Assembly (NCBI GenBank): GCA_030429765.1
Contig: JAUIER010000008.1
Span: forward strand, 83,403-147,402
Direction of reading: 5' to 3'
Origin: a bacterium
GTDB taxonomy: Bacteria; Omnitrophota; Gorgyraeia; Zapsychrales; Zapsychraceae
DNA: 64,000 nt
Part shown: one piece after another, positions 20,805 through 29,129 of the stretch
Layout of the letters: each line of letters starts with the position of its first letter
Position numbering within the stretch: position 1 is the first letter of the stretch
Translations under genes and position numbers: made by a program
Notes under the pieces: model-generated
What the model saw: the letters and a program-made list of their open reading frames with translations, nothing else
Database searches by the model: none
Told to the model about the DNA's origin: nothing

Positions 20805-21104
20805 ATGATTCAGGAATTCACGGCGCATATACAACTATTAATCGTACGTCTGCACATTCCGGCCGCACAATCCTTAAAAGATAAGCGGATGGTTATCCGC
20901 AGTATCAAGGACCGGGCCCGCGCGAAGTTCAATGTCTCGCTGGCCGAACTTGATCATCAGAATAAATGGCAAGTCTCGACGCTGGGCTTTATCATGATCG
21001 GCAGTGATCACCGTCATGTTCAGTCCGCGCTGCAGAACCTGCTGACGTTCATCGGCCGCAATCCGGCGGTGGACATCTGTGAATCCGAAATACAGGAACT
21101 ATAA
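20805..21104 (+). CDS. DUF503 family protein
   Basis: SLKDKR..IRSIK..KFNVS.AE.DHQ..WQ. Confidence 0.85.
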   Translation: MIQEFTAHIQLLIVRLHIPAAQSLKDKRMVIRSIKDRARAKFNVSLAELDHQNKWQVSTLGFIMIGSDHRHVQSALQNLLTFIGRNPAVDICESEIQEL

Positions 21105-21106
21105 AT

Positions 21107-22813
21107 ATGTCGTATCTGGTTTTAGCCCGTAAACACCGTCCGCAGACATTTAAAGATGTCATCGGTCAGGAACACATTACGGATATTCTGATTAAAAGTA
21201 TTGAGACCGACCGCATGGCGCACGCGTATCTGTTTTGCGGACCGCGCGGTGTGGGAAAGACGACCTGCGCGCGGATCGTGGCCATGTGCCTGAACTGCGA
21301 AGACGGGCCTAAAACGGTACCGCCGGCGGACAGCGATGTTTGCCGGGAGATCGCCGAGGGCCGCAGTTTTGATGTGCTCGAGATCGACGGGGCCTCCAAC
21401 CGCGGGATTGATGAGGTGCGGATGCTGCGCGAGAATGTCAAGTTTGCGCCGACCTCGGGCAAATTCAAGATCTATATCGTCGACGAGGTCCACATGCTCA
21501 CCACCGAGGCGTTTAACGCGTTGTTAAAGACGCTGGAAGAGCCGCCCGAACACGTCAAGTTTATCTTTGCCACGACCGAACCGAATAAAGTTCCCGCGAC
21601 GATTATCTCGCGGTGTCAGCGATACGATTTTAAACGCATTCCGGTACCGAAGATCATCGAAGGACTTAAGGAGGTCAGCCGCAAAGAGAAGTACACCATC
21701 GACGAGCAGGCGCTGTTTGCCATTGCCAAGGCGGCTCAGGGAGGGCTGCGTGACGCGTTGAGTATCCTGGACCAATTGAGTGCGTTGAGTGATAAAGGCA
21801 TCGGCGAGGCCGATGTGTATTCAATGCTCGGTCTTGTCGAAGTGGATTTACTGTTTGATCTGGTTGATCACATCGGTGACGGCGATTGCGCCAAGGCCTT
21901 GGAGACGCTCGACGCGGTGGTCAACAAAGGCAAGGACGTCAAGCAATTGATCAAGGAGCTCACCGAACACTACCGGCATCTGATGGTCATCAAGGTCGGC
22001 GGTAAGACGCTAGGCAAGTTGGTGGACTATCCGGTGGCCATCAAGGAGCTGTTGCTCAAACAAACCGACAAATTTGAACTATCCGATATCATTCAGTCGA
22101 TAGATACCTTGATCGCGGCCCAGGACGCCGCGCGCATCACCGAGAATATCCGCATGGCGCTTGAAGTGGCCATTGCGCGCTTATCGTATCGCGGACAGTT
22201 GCCGGCATCCGCCGCGAAGCCGAGTCCGGCCGCGGCCAGACCCACGCCGTCGCGTACGGCCAGTGCCGCCCCGGCGGCATCACCGGTCCTGAAAAATAAA
22301 CGCGGGGCCGTCGACAATGTCGGATCCCCCAAGCCGGCCGCTAAACCCGAACCCAAGCCGACAATGTCGGACCAGGTCGATGACGAACTGTCACGGCTCG
22401 ACGAGCCGGAAGAAAAACCGCCCGTGGTGGATATCGGTGAACCGTTGGCCGTCCAAGAAGAGGTTGAGCTGGACCTCGAGCATGTGCGAAAGGTATGGGA
22501 TTTGTTGACCTCGGCGGTAAGCAAGGAAAAGATGTCGATTGCCACATGTCTGCAGGAAGGGATGCCCACACGGCTTGACAGTAAATATCTCTATATCGGC
22601 TTTCCGCCGAAATGCAGTTTTCATCGGGACAGCGTCGATGATCAAAACAACCGCATGATGATCGAGCGGATCTTCAGCGAACAGTTAAAGCACAAGGTGT
22701 CGCTCAAGTTTGAGATGGTCGAAGAGGTCGAGGAGGCCCGGATGGACGACAATGTCCAGTCGACGCTCGACGCCTTTGGCGGCAAGGTGGTCAACCGCTG
22801 GCACAATGAATAA
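21107..22813 (+). CDS. dnaX: DNA polymerase III subunit gamma/tau
   Basis: LARKHRPQTF, GPRGVGKTT, EIDGASNRG, DEVHML..AFNALLKTLEEPP, SRC. Confidence 0.97.
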   Translation: MSYLVLARKHRPQTFKDVIGQEHITDILIKSIETDRMAHAYLFCGPRGVGKTTCARIVAMCLNCEDGPKTVPPADSDVCREIAEGRSFDVLEIDGASNRGIDEVRMLRENVKFAPTSGKFKIYIVDEVHMLTTEAFNALLKTLEEPPEHVKFIFATTEPNKVPATIISRCQRYDFKRIPVPKIIEGLKEVSRKEKYTIDEQALFAIAKAAQGGLRDALSILDQLSALSDKGIGEADVYSMLGLVEVDLLFDLVDHIGDGDCAKALETLDAVVNKGKDVKQLIKELTEHYRHLMVIKVGGKTLGKLVDYPVAIKELLLKQTDKFELSDIIQSIDTLIAAQDAARITENIRMALEVAIARLSYRGQLPASAAKPSPAAARPTPSRTASAAPAASPVLKNKRGAVDNVGSPKPAAKPEPKPTMSDQVDDELSRLDEPEEKPPVVDIGEPLAVQEEVELDLEHVRKVWDLLTSAVSKEKMSIATCLQEGMPTRLDSKYLYIGFPPKCSFHRDSVDDQNNRMMIERIFSEQLKHKVSLKFEMVEEVEEARMDDNVQSTLDAFGGKVVNRWHNE

Positions 22814-22850
22814 ATCAGTCCTAACGATCTAACATCCACAAGGAAACAAC

Positions 22851-23450
22851 GTGAGCTATCCTCAACTTCTGGAAAATTTTATCAATCAGCTTTCCCGACT
22901 GCCCGGTGTCGGCCGGCGCAGCGCCGAGCGGATGGCGTTCTGGTTTCTGGACCAGGCCAATGAAGACGTCATGGGCTTCGCGCGTGACATGGCCCGGCTC
23001 AAGGAAGGGCTGATGTTCTGTGCGCGCTGCAATCATTTGAGCGACGGCGAGATCTGCACGATCTGTGAGGATGCCGACCGCGATCAAAAGACGGTCTGTG
23101 TGGTCGAAGATCCCAAAGACGTGATCGCGATTGAAAAATCCGGATCCTACCGCGGGATCTATCATGTGCTGTTGGGCTCCATCTCGCCGGGAGACGGCCG
23201 CGGTCCTGAACAATTAAAGATCCAGCAGCTGCTCGACCGGGTCCGGCAGGAAGAGGTCGTCGAAGTGGTGATTGCCACCGATCCGGACAGTGACGGCGAA
23301 ATGACCGCCATCTATCTCACCAAACAACTCAAACCCCTGGGGATCCGTGTCAGCCGTATCGGCGTCGGGTTACCCGTCGGTGGATCACTCGAATTCGCCG
23401 ATATGTCCACCCTCAGCATGTCGCTGAACGCGCGCCGCGTTATTGAATAA
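22851..23450 (+). CDS. recR: Recombination mediator RecR
   Basis: LPGVGRRSAER, C4 zinc finger, YHVL.G.ISP, Toprim motif; follows dnaX. Confidence 0.95.
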   Translation: MSYPQLLENFINQLSRLPGVGRRSAERMAFWFLDQANEDVMGFARDMARLKEGLMFCARCNHLSDGEICTICEDADRDQKTVCVVEDPKDVIAIEKSGSYRGIYHVLLGSISPGDGRGPEQLKIQQLLDRVRQEEVVEVVIATDPDSDGEMTAIYLTKQLKPLGIRVSRIGVGLPVGGSLEFADMSTLSMSLNARRVIE

Positions 23451-23485
23451 CGGCGACTGATTCATATCAAAAATATTGAAAGAAG

Positions 23486-24037
23486 TTAACGGCCTGATCG
23501 CAATCGGCTTTGATTGCTGAGTGATCGGGCGCGGTTTTGATTCGAGAATCCTCGGGCCGTATCACGATTGGTTCGCCGCAGGCGATTATTGGAGGTTGAG
23601 CGTGTGACTTTATTGGGAGGGCGATTGCTGTTGGACAGGCGCTGCGCGTTGGGGCGGTTGCTGCCCGAGCTGCCGGAACTCACGGAATCCGATCCGGCGG
23701 ACGAGCGAATACGCGGTGTCCGTCGACGACGACGGGTTTCGTCGCCCGTCGATGATCCGGAACCATACTGATTCTGAATGGAATCAATGCGCTCTTCGAT
23801 CTGTCGATATTTAAACAGGATGTACTCGTGACGGTGATTGTCTTGGATGTATTTGAGCATGGAGGGATCGCTTTTGAGCTCGGTCCAGATTTTTTTCTGA
23901 CGTGTTTCGTCTTTGTCGTTGTAGGCCGCGACATAATCACGCACCAATTGACTGGCGCGTTCGTTGGTCTGGGCAGAGGCCTGTTCGGCCGGCCCGAGCA
24001 GCAGGATGACAACAACAATGGTCCAAAGCTTTGACAT
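23486..24037 (-). CDS. Hypothetical secreted protein with Ser/Arg/Asn-rich tail
   Basis: Signal peptide ending ASA; helical N-domain; low-complexity C-terminus. Confidence 0.6.
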   Translation of the reverse strand: MSKLWTIVVVILLLGPAEQASAQTNERASQLVRDYVAAYNDKDETRQKKIWTELKSDPSMLKYIQDNHRHEYILFKYRQIEERIDSIQNQYGSGSSTGDETRRRRRTPRIRSSAGSDSVSSGSSGSNRPNAQRLSNSNRPPNKVTRSTSNNRLRRTNRDTARGFSNQNRARSLSNQSRLRSGR

Positions 24038-24098
24038 AATCGGATTATAGCATGGCCGTCGGTGGCATTAACGGATTATTTGCAAAATTTCGTTCCGG

Positions 24099-24350
24099 TT
24101 ACGTGATGTGCGACGCCCCCCGAAAGACATTGGAGGGAAGGTTCTTCGGCGACGGGGTGACTTCAATCATTTTGATATTCTGCGTGTGCAGAAAGATCAG
24201 CCGTCCGTCGAGCTCAAAGCACAGTGTGTTGGTGTCGCCGATCTTGTGGATGTCATTGGCCACACTGATCGTGTCCTCGGTATTGGCGTTGAACTCAAAG
24301 CGCATGGTCGTTCCGTCATTAAAATAGACTTTACAGGTTTCGGTTGTCAT
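24099..24350 (-). CDS. Small hypothetical protein
   Basis: RBS AAGGAGG before ATG; plausible globular composition. Confidence 0.65.
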   Translation of the reverse strand: MTTETCKVYFNDGTTMRFEFNANTEDTISVANDIHKIGDTNTLCFELDGRLIFLHTQNIKMIEVTPSPKNLPSNVFRGASHIT

Positions 24351-24575
24351 GATGCCCTCCTTTGGTCAATCATTAGCTCATACCTTTATTATAGATCAGT
24401 TTGAAACAGCCGCCTACCGAATTTTTGGTGAAGCGCGACGCGGTCGGTCCGCCCGGACACGTTGAGGGATGTGCTCCTAAGTTTATGACATCAGGGAGGT
24501 TGGAGCAAGGTGGCTGGAATTCAATGATCGGCTGGCGTATCTGAGATACGGGGAACGTTTAGTTGAATTTGATCA

Positions 24576-24603
24576 TTGACAATTCAATGAAATTCGCTAT
24601 AAT
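24576..24603 (+). promoter_or_regulatory. Consensus sigma70 promoter upstream of the hairpin array / tRNA-Asn locus
   Basis: TTGACA(24576)-16nt-TATAAT(24598). Confidence 0.7.
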
Positions 24604-24667
24604 TCCAATCATATTTGCGGTTCGAAACATCCCCCGAAACAACAGCGCCGGGGGCTGCTCTTTATAG

Positions 24668-24788
24668 ATTTAATCCCCGATCCCGCCAAAAATCGTGGCG
24701 GGCTCGCCCGCCTTAAGAGTATGGTGGGCTCATCCGCCTCAAAGTTATGACGGATGATTTGGGAAAAAACTTTAATCCCCGATAGCTC
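24668..24788 (+). repeat. Direct repeat copy 1 (~121 bp): tRNA-Asn 5' fragment, three hairpins, tRNA-Asn 5' fragment
   Basis: Matches 25152-25273 except one A in a homopolymer and one A/C change. Confidence 0.9.
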
Positions 24789-24882
24789 CCCGCCAAAAAA
24801 TCGTGGCGGGCTCGCCCGCCTTCAGACTTTGGCGGGTTCAGCCGCCGGAATAATATAGCGGGTCCGCCAAGGTTTTTGGCGG
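24789..24882 (+). repeat. Further tandem CCGCC-loop-GGCGG hairpins leading into the GIY-YIG start
   Basis: cccgccaaaaaatcgtggcggg, gcccgccttcagactttggcgggt, a degenerate unit and ccgccaaggtttttggcgg. Confidence 0.85.
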
Positions 24883-24898
24883 AACATCAAGGGGATAT

Positions 24899-25150
24899 AT
24901 GTTTTACGTATATGTGTTAAAAAGTAGACGGAATGGGAGGCATTATACAGGCTTCACGTCGAAAAATCCCGAGCAACGTCTTAAAGAACATAACTCGGGA
25001 TCCAATGCATACACAAAAGGAAATAGACCGTATCAATTGATTTATTGGGAACAGTACGCTGATAAATCGTTTGCATTGAAACGTGAGAAATTTCTAAAAT
25101 CTGGAGTCGGCCGAAGAGTACTAACTAGAAAACTCCAGTCTGATCTTTAA
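24899..25150 (+). CDS. Small GIY-YIG nuclease family protein (no. 1)
   Basis: FYVYVL..HYTGFT..RLKEHN..YTK..RP..REKFLKSG.GR. Confidence 0.9.
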   Translation: MFYVYVLKSRRNGRHYTGFTSKNPEQRLKEHNSGSNAYTKGNRPYQLIYWEQYADKSFALKREKFLKSGVGRRVLTRKLQSDL

Positions 25151-25151
25151 A

Positions 25152-25273
25152 ATTTAATCCCCGATCCCGCCAAAAAATCGTGGCGGGCTCGCCCGCCTTA
25201 AGAGTATGGTGGGCTCATCCGCCTCAAAGTTATGACGGATGATTTGGGAAAAAAATTTAATCCCCGATAGCTC
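25152..25273 (+). repeat. Direct repeat copy 2, running into the intact tRNA-Asn
   Basis: Near-identical to 24668-24788. Confidence 0.9.
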
Positions 25274-25336
25274 AGTTGGTAGAGCAGCTGGCTGTTAACC
25301 AGCTTGTCCGTGGTTCGAGTCCACGTCGGGGAGCCA
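25261..25336 (+). tRNA. tRNA-Asn(GTT)
   Basis: Acceptor TCCCCGA/TCGGGGA, D arm GCTC-AGTTGGTA-GAGC, anticodon arm GCTGG-CTGTTAA-CCAGC, T arm CGTGG-TTCGAGT-CCACG, G-CCA end. Confidence 0.97.
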
Positions 25337-25380
25337 TATAAAAAAAGGGTATTGCACTAGCAATACCCTTTTTTTATATG
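25335..25380. terminator. Bidirectional intrinsic terminator after tRNA-Asn
   Basis: catataaaaaaagggtattgc-acta-gcaataccctttttttatatg long inverted repeat. Confidence 0.85.
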
Positions 25381-25430
25381 ATTTCTGGCTAAAAATTGAA
25401 CAAAGACCGCAGGGCAGTGAGAGTTCACTA

Positions 25431-25612
25431 GTGTGTAACGCAGTTACACACGTCGGGGAGTGATTCGACGCGCCCCTCGTTTCACTCGGTGCTTGCTCAT
25501 CATTGTTGGTGAACATAGTATAGTGAGACGAGGGGCTTTTTTTCGAAGAATCCTGAGCGAACGATGGTGAGCGAGGCCGAAGGCCGAGTCGAGCCAGAGT
25601 GAGTCGAAGGAT
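25431..25612. repeat. Duplicated tRNA-Asn 3' fragment plus a second family of REP-like hairpins
   Basis: CACGTCGGGGAG at 25449-25460 equals tRNA 25322-25333; TTCGAC..GCTCA unit at ~25464-25500 and nested CCTGAGCG..GAGTCGAAGG unit at ~25552-25611. Confidence 0.7.
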
Positions 25613-25686
25613 GCAGTGAATCCCGTCGCAATATTAATCATATCCCCCAGAAAAGTTGTATTCATGTTCCCCAAGATTATCAGTCT

Positions 25687-25941
25687 ATGTACTATCTTTA
25701 TATTCTCAGATGTCAGAGAGGAAAGCTGTACACGGGGATTACGTCAGATATCCAACGCAGATTCAAGGAACATCGTCGTAAAAAGGCACATTTCACGTCC
25801 TACAATTTGCCAGAAGAAGTAATTTATACGGAAACTTTTCCAGACAGAAAGCAAGCCGCTAAAAGAGAACGCCAACTCAAGCGCTGGACCCGCGCCAAGA
25901 AAATGGCGTTGATTGATCGGGGAATTGTGAGTATTATTTAA
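25687..25941 (+). CDS. Small GIY-YIG nuclease family protein (no. 2, UPF0213-like)
   Basis: YYLYILRC..LYTGIT.D..RR..EH..FT..RERQLKRWTRAKK. Confidence 0.9.
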   Translation: MYYLYILRCQRGKLYTGITSDIQRRFKEHRRKKAHFTSYNLPEEVIYTETFPDRKQAAKRERQLKRWTRAKKMALIDRGIVSII

Positions 25942-25943
25942 TT

Positions 25944-26606
25944 ATGAAGTTTTTAAGTACACTAAGAGTGTTAAGTATCACTGTTTTGGCTGTTTCTCTG
26001 TCCGGCTGTATTGCGCCGCGTTCAAAGTTCTACCTTCCATCTCAAAGTGAAGCTACGTATTTCGGGCGGGTTAATAAGGCTGTTATGCCATCCGATATTA
26101 GAAATAATGTTGAACAGTATAGTGGCGAAGAAGTTCATTGGGTCGGAATAATACGAGGCCACGAAATTATTGACAAGGACTCAACGAAGATAATTGAGAT
26201 TGAAATAGACCAAAAATACTATGACTATGTATTGGATTATAGTATCCAACGAGAAAAAATGTTTTTATCGCCAAAAGGAGAAGGTATCTTCTATCTAGAC
26301 TTATTTGTAGACGCAGGCATATCGGAGGATGAGCTAAAAAGAATAATAGATCAGCTTAGCATCAAAAATTTAATATTTGCATACGGAGTCGTTCAGGGAT
26401 TAAAGCAAGGAAAACCCGCTGTGAAGGCACTTTATTATGTGATACACGATGAATCAGTGTATGCCACGAATATATTTTCATATGAATATGCTAAAGACGA
26501 GAACGGCAAGGTTATTCTAGGTAGTTCTGGATTTCCTTCATTAACCAATCATGAGGTCTTTCAAACGCCTTTATTTGGAAGAAATCAATCCAAAATCGAT
26601 AAATAA
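25944..26606 (+). CDS. AT-rich lipoprotein, possibly Slp-like
   Basis: Lipobox LSGC; GEEVHWVGII resembles the Slp motif; starts 2 nt after the GIY-YIG stop. Confidence 0.6.
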   Translation: MKFLSTLRVLSITVLAVSLSGCIAPRSKFYLPSQSEATYFGRVNKAVMPSDIRNNVEQYSGEEVHWVGIIRGHEIIDKDSTKIIEIEIDQKYYDYVLDYSIQREKMFLSPKGEGIFYLDLFVDAGISEDELKRIIDQLSIKNLIFAYGVVQGLKQGKPAVKALYYVIHDESVYATNIFSYEYAKDENGKVILGSSGFPSLTNHEVFQTPLFGRNQSKIDK

Positions 26607-26821
26607 TTTGAAATTGTAATTTTATGCTCTATTTTGCATATCTAGTTATCAAGTTCGTCTACGGGAGCAAGCCGTAATAAAAAGATATTGCTAATGCAAT
26701 GCCCTTTTTGGGTGTGATCCTCTACTTCAAGCTATCTATCAGCAGCATTTATTTTCATCTCAACTGTTGCTAAGCTATATCTTGTTTCATATAGTTATAT
26801 AATAAAGCCAAATCGAGAGAC

Positions 26822-27436
26822 ATGTTGACGACAAAAAATCTATTCAAACTCATAGTTGTGTGTTGTTTCCTGAGCGGATGTTCGGCGGTATCCACGGCCG
26901 GGAACGCGGTTGGAACCGTCGGGCGCGTGGGGTGGACGGCGGCCAAGGTCACGGGCAAAGCGGCCTATCACACCGGCAATGTGGCCTACAAGACCGGTCA
27001 ATTCACCAGTAAGGCGGTCCGAAGTGCCGTCTACATGAAGCAAGGCAAACAGCTAATTCCACTGCGCAAACAGGGCGACAGTTTGTACGTGGATGTCAAG
27101 CTCAATGGCAAGGCCTCGGCGCGCTTGCTGCTGGATACCGGGGCATCGGTGACTCAAATCTCTCACCGGCTGGCCAAGAAGTTACGTATCAAGAAAAATC
27201 AGGGTGTTCCGCTGGAGGTGCGTATTGCCAACGGCCAAATGGTGCGCGGCCGAAAGGTGCGTCTCAAAGAGATCCGGGTGAGAAGTGTTCGCGTGACCGA
27301 CGTGACGGCGATTGTTTTAGATCAAGAGGTGGCCAGTGATACGGACGGATTGCTGGGGATGAGTTTTCTCAAGCACTTTTCGTTTGAGGTCGATGCCGAA
27401 AAAGGCGAACTGCTGTTGCAGCAAAAGGCGTTATAG
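26822..27436 (+). CDS. Lipoprotein with retropepsin-like aspartic protease domain
   Basis: LSGC lipobox; LLDTGAS and GLLGMSFL motifs. Confidence 0.88.
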   Translation: MLTTKNLFKLIVVCCFLSGCSAVSTAGNAVGTVGRVGWTAAKVTGKAAYHTGNVAYKTGQFTSKAVRSAVYMKQGKQLIPLRKQGDSLYVDVKLNGKASARLLLDTGASVTQISHRLAKKLRIKKNQGVPLEVRIANGQMVRGRKVRLKEIRVRSVRVTDVTAIVLDQEVASDTDGLLGMSFLKHFSFEVDAEKGELLLQQKAL

Positions 27437-27538
27437 TTGTTTGCGTCCGGAATTTCAGTTACAAATATAGAGGGTCATCAATCCTGTTCATACCAAGTGT
27501 GTAAAGTACGCTTTTAACAATTTAACTCAGCGAATCAA

Positions 27539-28075
27539 ATGAAAATCGGTACCTACAATCCAAATGACGCCTCAAACATCGAGCAGTTGTTCATTCAGGC
27601 GTTTTCTGACGCAGAGGGACCGTCGGAGGGTGAGATGATTGGACGGCTTGTCAGGAATTACCTGACCGGCACGGATGCGCCGGACTTTTATTGTTTTACG
27701 GCCGTGGATAGCGTCGAGGTCTTGGGATCAATCTTTTTTTCACGAATCACGTTTGAGTCAGACATCAACGCCTTTATTTTATCGCCCGTTGCTGTAAGGA
27801 CAGATGCGCAAAACCAGGGTATTGGTCAGCGATTGATACGATATGGTCTGGATGATCTATCGAAGCGGGGAGTGGAATTAGTCATTACCTATGGCGATCC
27901 GGTTTTTTATCGTAAGGTTGGTTTTGAGGTTGTCCCCGAAACGAAAATCCCGGCGCCTCTGAGTTTGACCTATCCCGACGGGTGGATGGCGCAGTCCTTA
28001 ACGGACAAGGAGATTCCCGTGATTACCGGAAATTCCGCATGTGTAGCGGCGTTGAACGATCCTGAGTATTGGTAA
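27539..28075 (+). CDS. GNAT family N-acetyltransferase
   Basis: LSPVAV..QNQGIGQRLI, TYGDP.FY.KVGF. Confidence 0.88.
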   Translation: MKIGTYNPNDASNIEQLFIQAFSDAEGPSEGEMIGRLVRNYLTGTDAPDFYCFTAVDSVEVLGSIFFSRITFESDINAFILSPVAVRTDAQNQGIGQRLIRYGLDDLSKRGVELVITYGDPVFYRKVGFEVVPETKIPAPLSLTYPDGWMAQSLTDKEIPVITGNSACVAALNDPEYW

Positions 28076-28099
28076 GTCGCATGGGCAAAAAACATCCCT

Positions 28100-28140
28100 A
28101 CCCCATAACCCCCCGGGGCTTTGGGACCAGGTCTTAAAAA
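28100..28140 (+). repeat. Dispersed intergenic repeat, copy 1
   Basis: ccccccggggctttgggaccaggtcttaaaaa. Confidence 0.85.
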
Positions 28141-28250
28141 CAGGGCGTCGCCTCCCAAGTATCAGCCGTATTCTTGCCGTCGGTTTTACATCTGGACGTT
28201 TATCTCAGAATGTGGCATAATCATCGTACTAATTAACCCGAGGGTTTCGC

Positions 28251-28403
28251 ATGACTTCAATCCAGCTAAAGAAAGAACTTTCAAATATTAAAAAGGCCAG
28301 AGAGCGATTACTACGGGATCGCCGTAAAGCTCGAGCCTTCTTGCGTGCCATTGGTTTGATTGATAGCAACGGTAAGCCCGTAGCTCCCCTCAAACGTAAG
28401 TAA
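28251..28403 (+). CDS. 50-aa basic protein, putative antitoxin (absent from the ORF track)
   Basis: MTSIQLKKELSNIKKARERLLRDRRKARAFLRAIGLIDSNGKPVAPLKRK; GAGG RBS; TAATG overlap with the next gene. Confidence 0.65.
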   Translation: MTSIQLKKELSNIKKARERLLRDRRKARAFLRAIGLIDSNGKPVAPLKRK

Positions 28404-28999
28404 TGCCTACCAACATACCTTCCTTCATTATCGGCTATCATGGGTGTGATCGAGAATTAGCTGAGAAAGTCATTGCTGGAGAAACACATTTAAGAGTTAG
28501 TAAGAATCGTTATGATTGGCTGGGCAATGGAATATATTTTTGGGAAAATAATCCTTACCGAGCTTTTCAATGGGCTAAGGATCATGTTGGCAAAACAAAT
28601 GCACGGATCAAGAATCCCTACGCAATTGGCGCGGTTATCAATCCGGGTAACTGTCTTGACCTAACGGAGGCCAAGTCGATTGAATTGATCAAACAGACCT
28701 ATTCGACAATATCCGCGATTGCCGATGTGGAAAATTTTGAGTTACCTCGGAACCAGGATGTGGATGGTAGCAGCGATTTCCTAGTCCGTAATCTGGATTG
28801 TTTTGTTATCAATGCTCTGCATGAAATCAGAGAGGAAACAGAAGATCCATTTGATACGGTCCGATCGCCTTTCTTTGAGGGAAATAGATTGTATGAGGGG
28901 TCGGGATTCCGTGAAAAATCCCATGTCCAAATCTGTGTGCGAAGTTCGGCCTCAATTCTGGGGTATTTCAGGATACTTCAGAAGGATGTATTTAAATAA
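28403..28999 (+). CDS. Putative ADP-ribosyltransferase-fold (DUF3990-like) protein
   Basis: GYHG, WLGNGIYFWE, A..WA, LDL and HVQICVR pattern. Confidence 0.6.
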   Translation: MPTNIPSFIIGYHGCDRELAEKVIAGETHLRVSKNRYDWLGNGIYFWENNPYRAFQWAKDHVGKTNARIKNPYAIGAVINPGNCLDLTEAKSIELIKQTYSTISAIADVENFELPRNQDVDGSSDFLVRNLDCFVINALHEIREETEDPFDTVRSPFFEGNRLYEGSGFREKSHVQICVRSSASILGYFRILQKDVFK

Positions 29000-29000
29000 A

Positions 29001-29045
29001 ACCTTGCCCCTTAATCTCCAGGGAATAGTGCCAGGTCTTAAAAAT
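29001..29045 (+). repeat. Dispersed intergenic repeat, copy 2 (degenerate)
   Basis: ctccagggaatagtgccaggtcttaaaaa. Confidence 0.6.
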
Positions 29046-29129
29046 AAAGGCGTGGATGCCTACTAAGCTAGGATAATTAAGCGATCTGATTCTACATCTT
29101 GCGGATAGCATAGAGAGGATTTATTTATA

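Noticed and set aside
21107-22813. Programmed frameshift in dnaX
   Set aside because: I saw no A-AAA-AAG slippery site with a downstream hairpin.
24668-25273. CRISPR array
   Set aside because: There is no constant repeat separated by unique spacers of uniform length and no cas genes; the units are tRNA fragments and short hairpins.
25295-25822. Short ORFs overlapping tRNA-Asn and its hairpins
   Set aside because: They overlap a tRNA, a terminator, repeats or the GIY-YIG gene and show no protein motifs.
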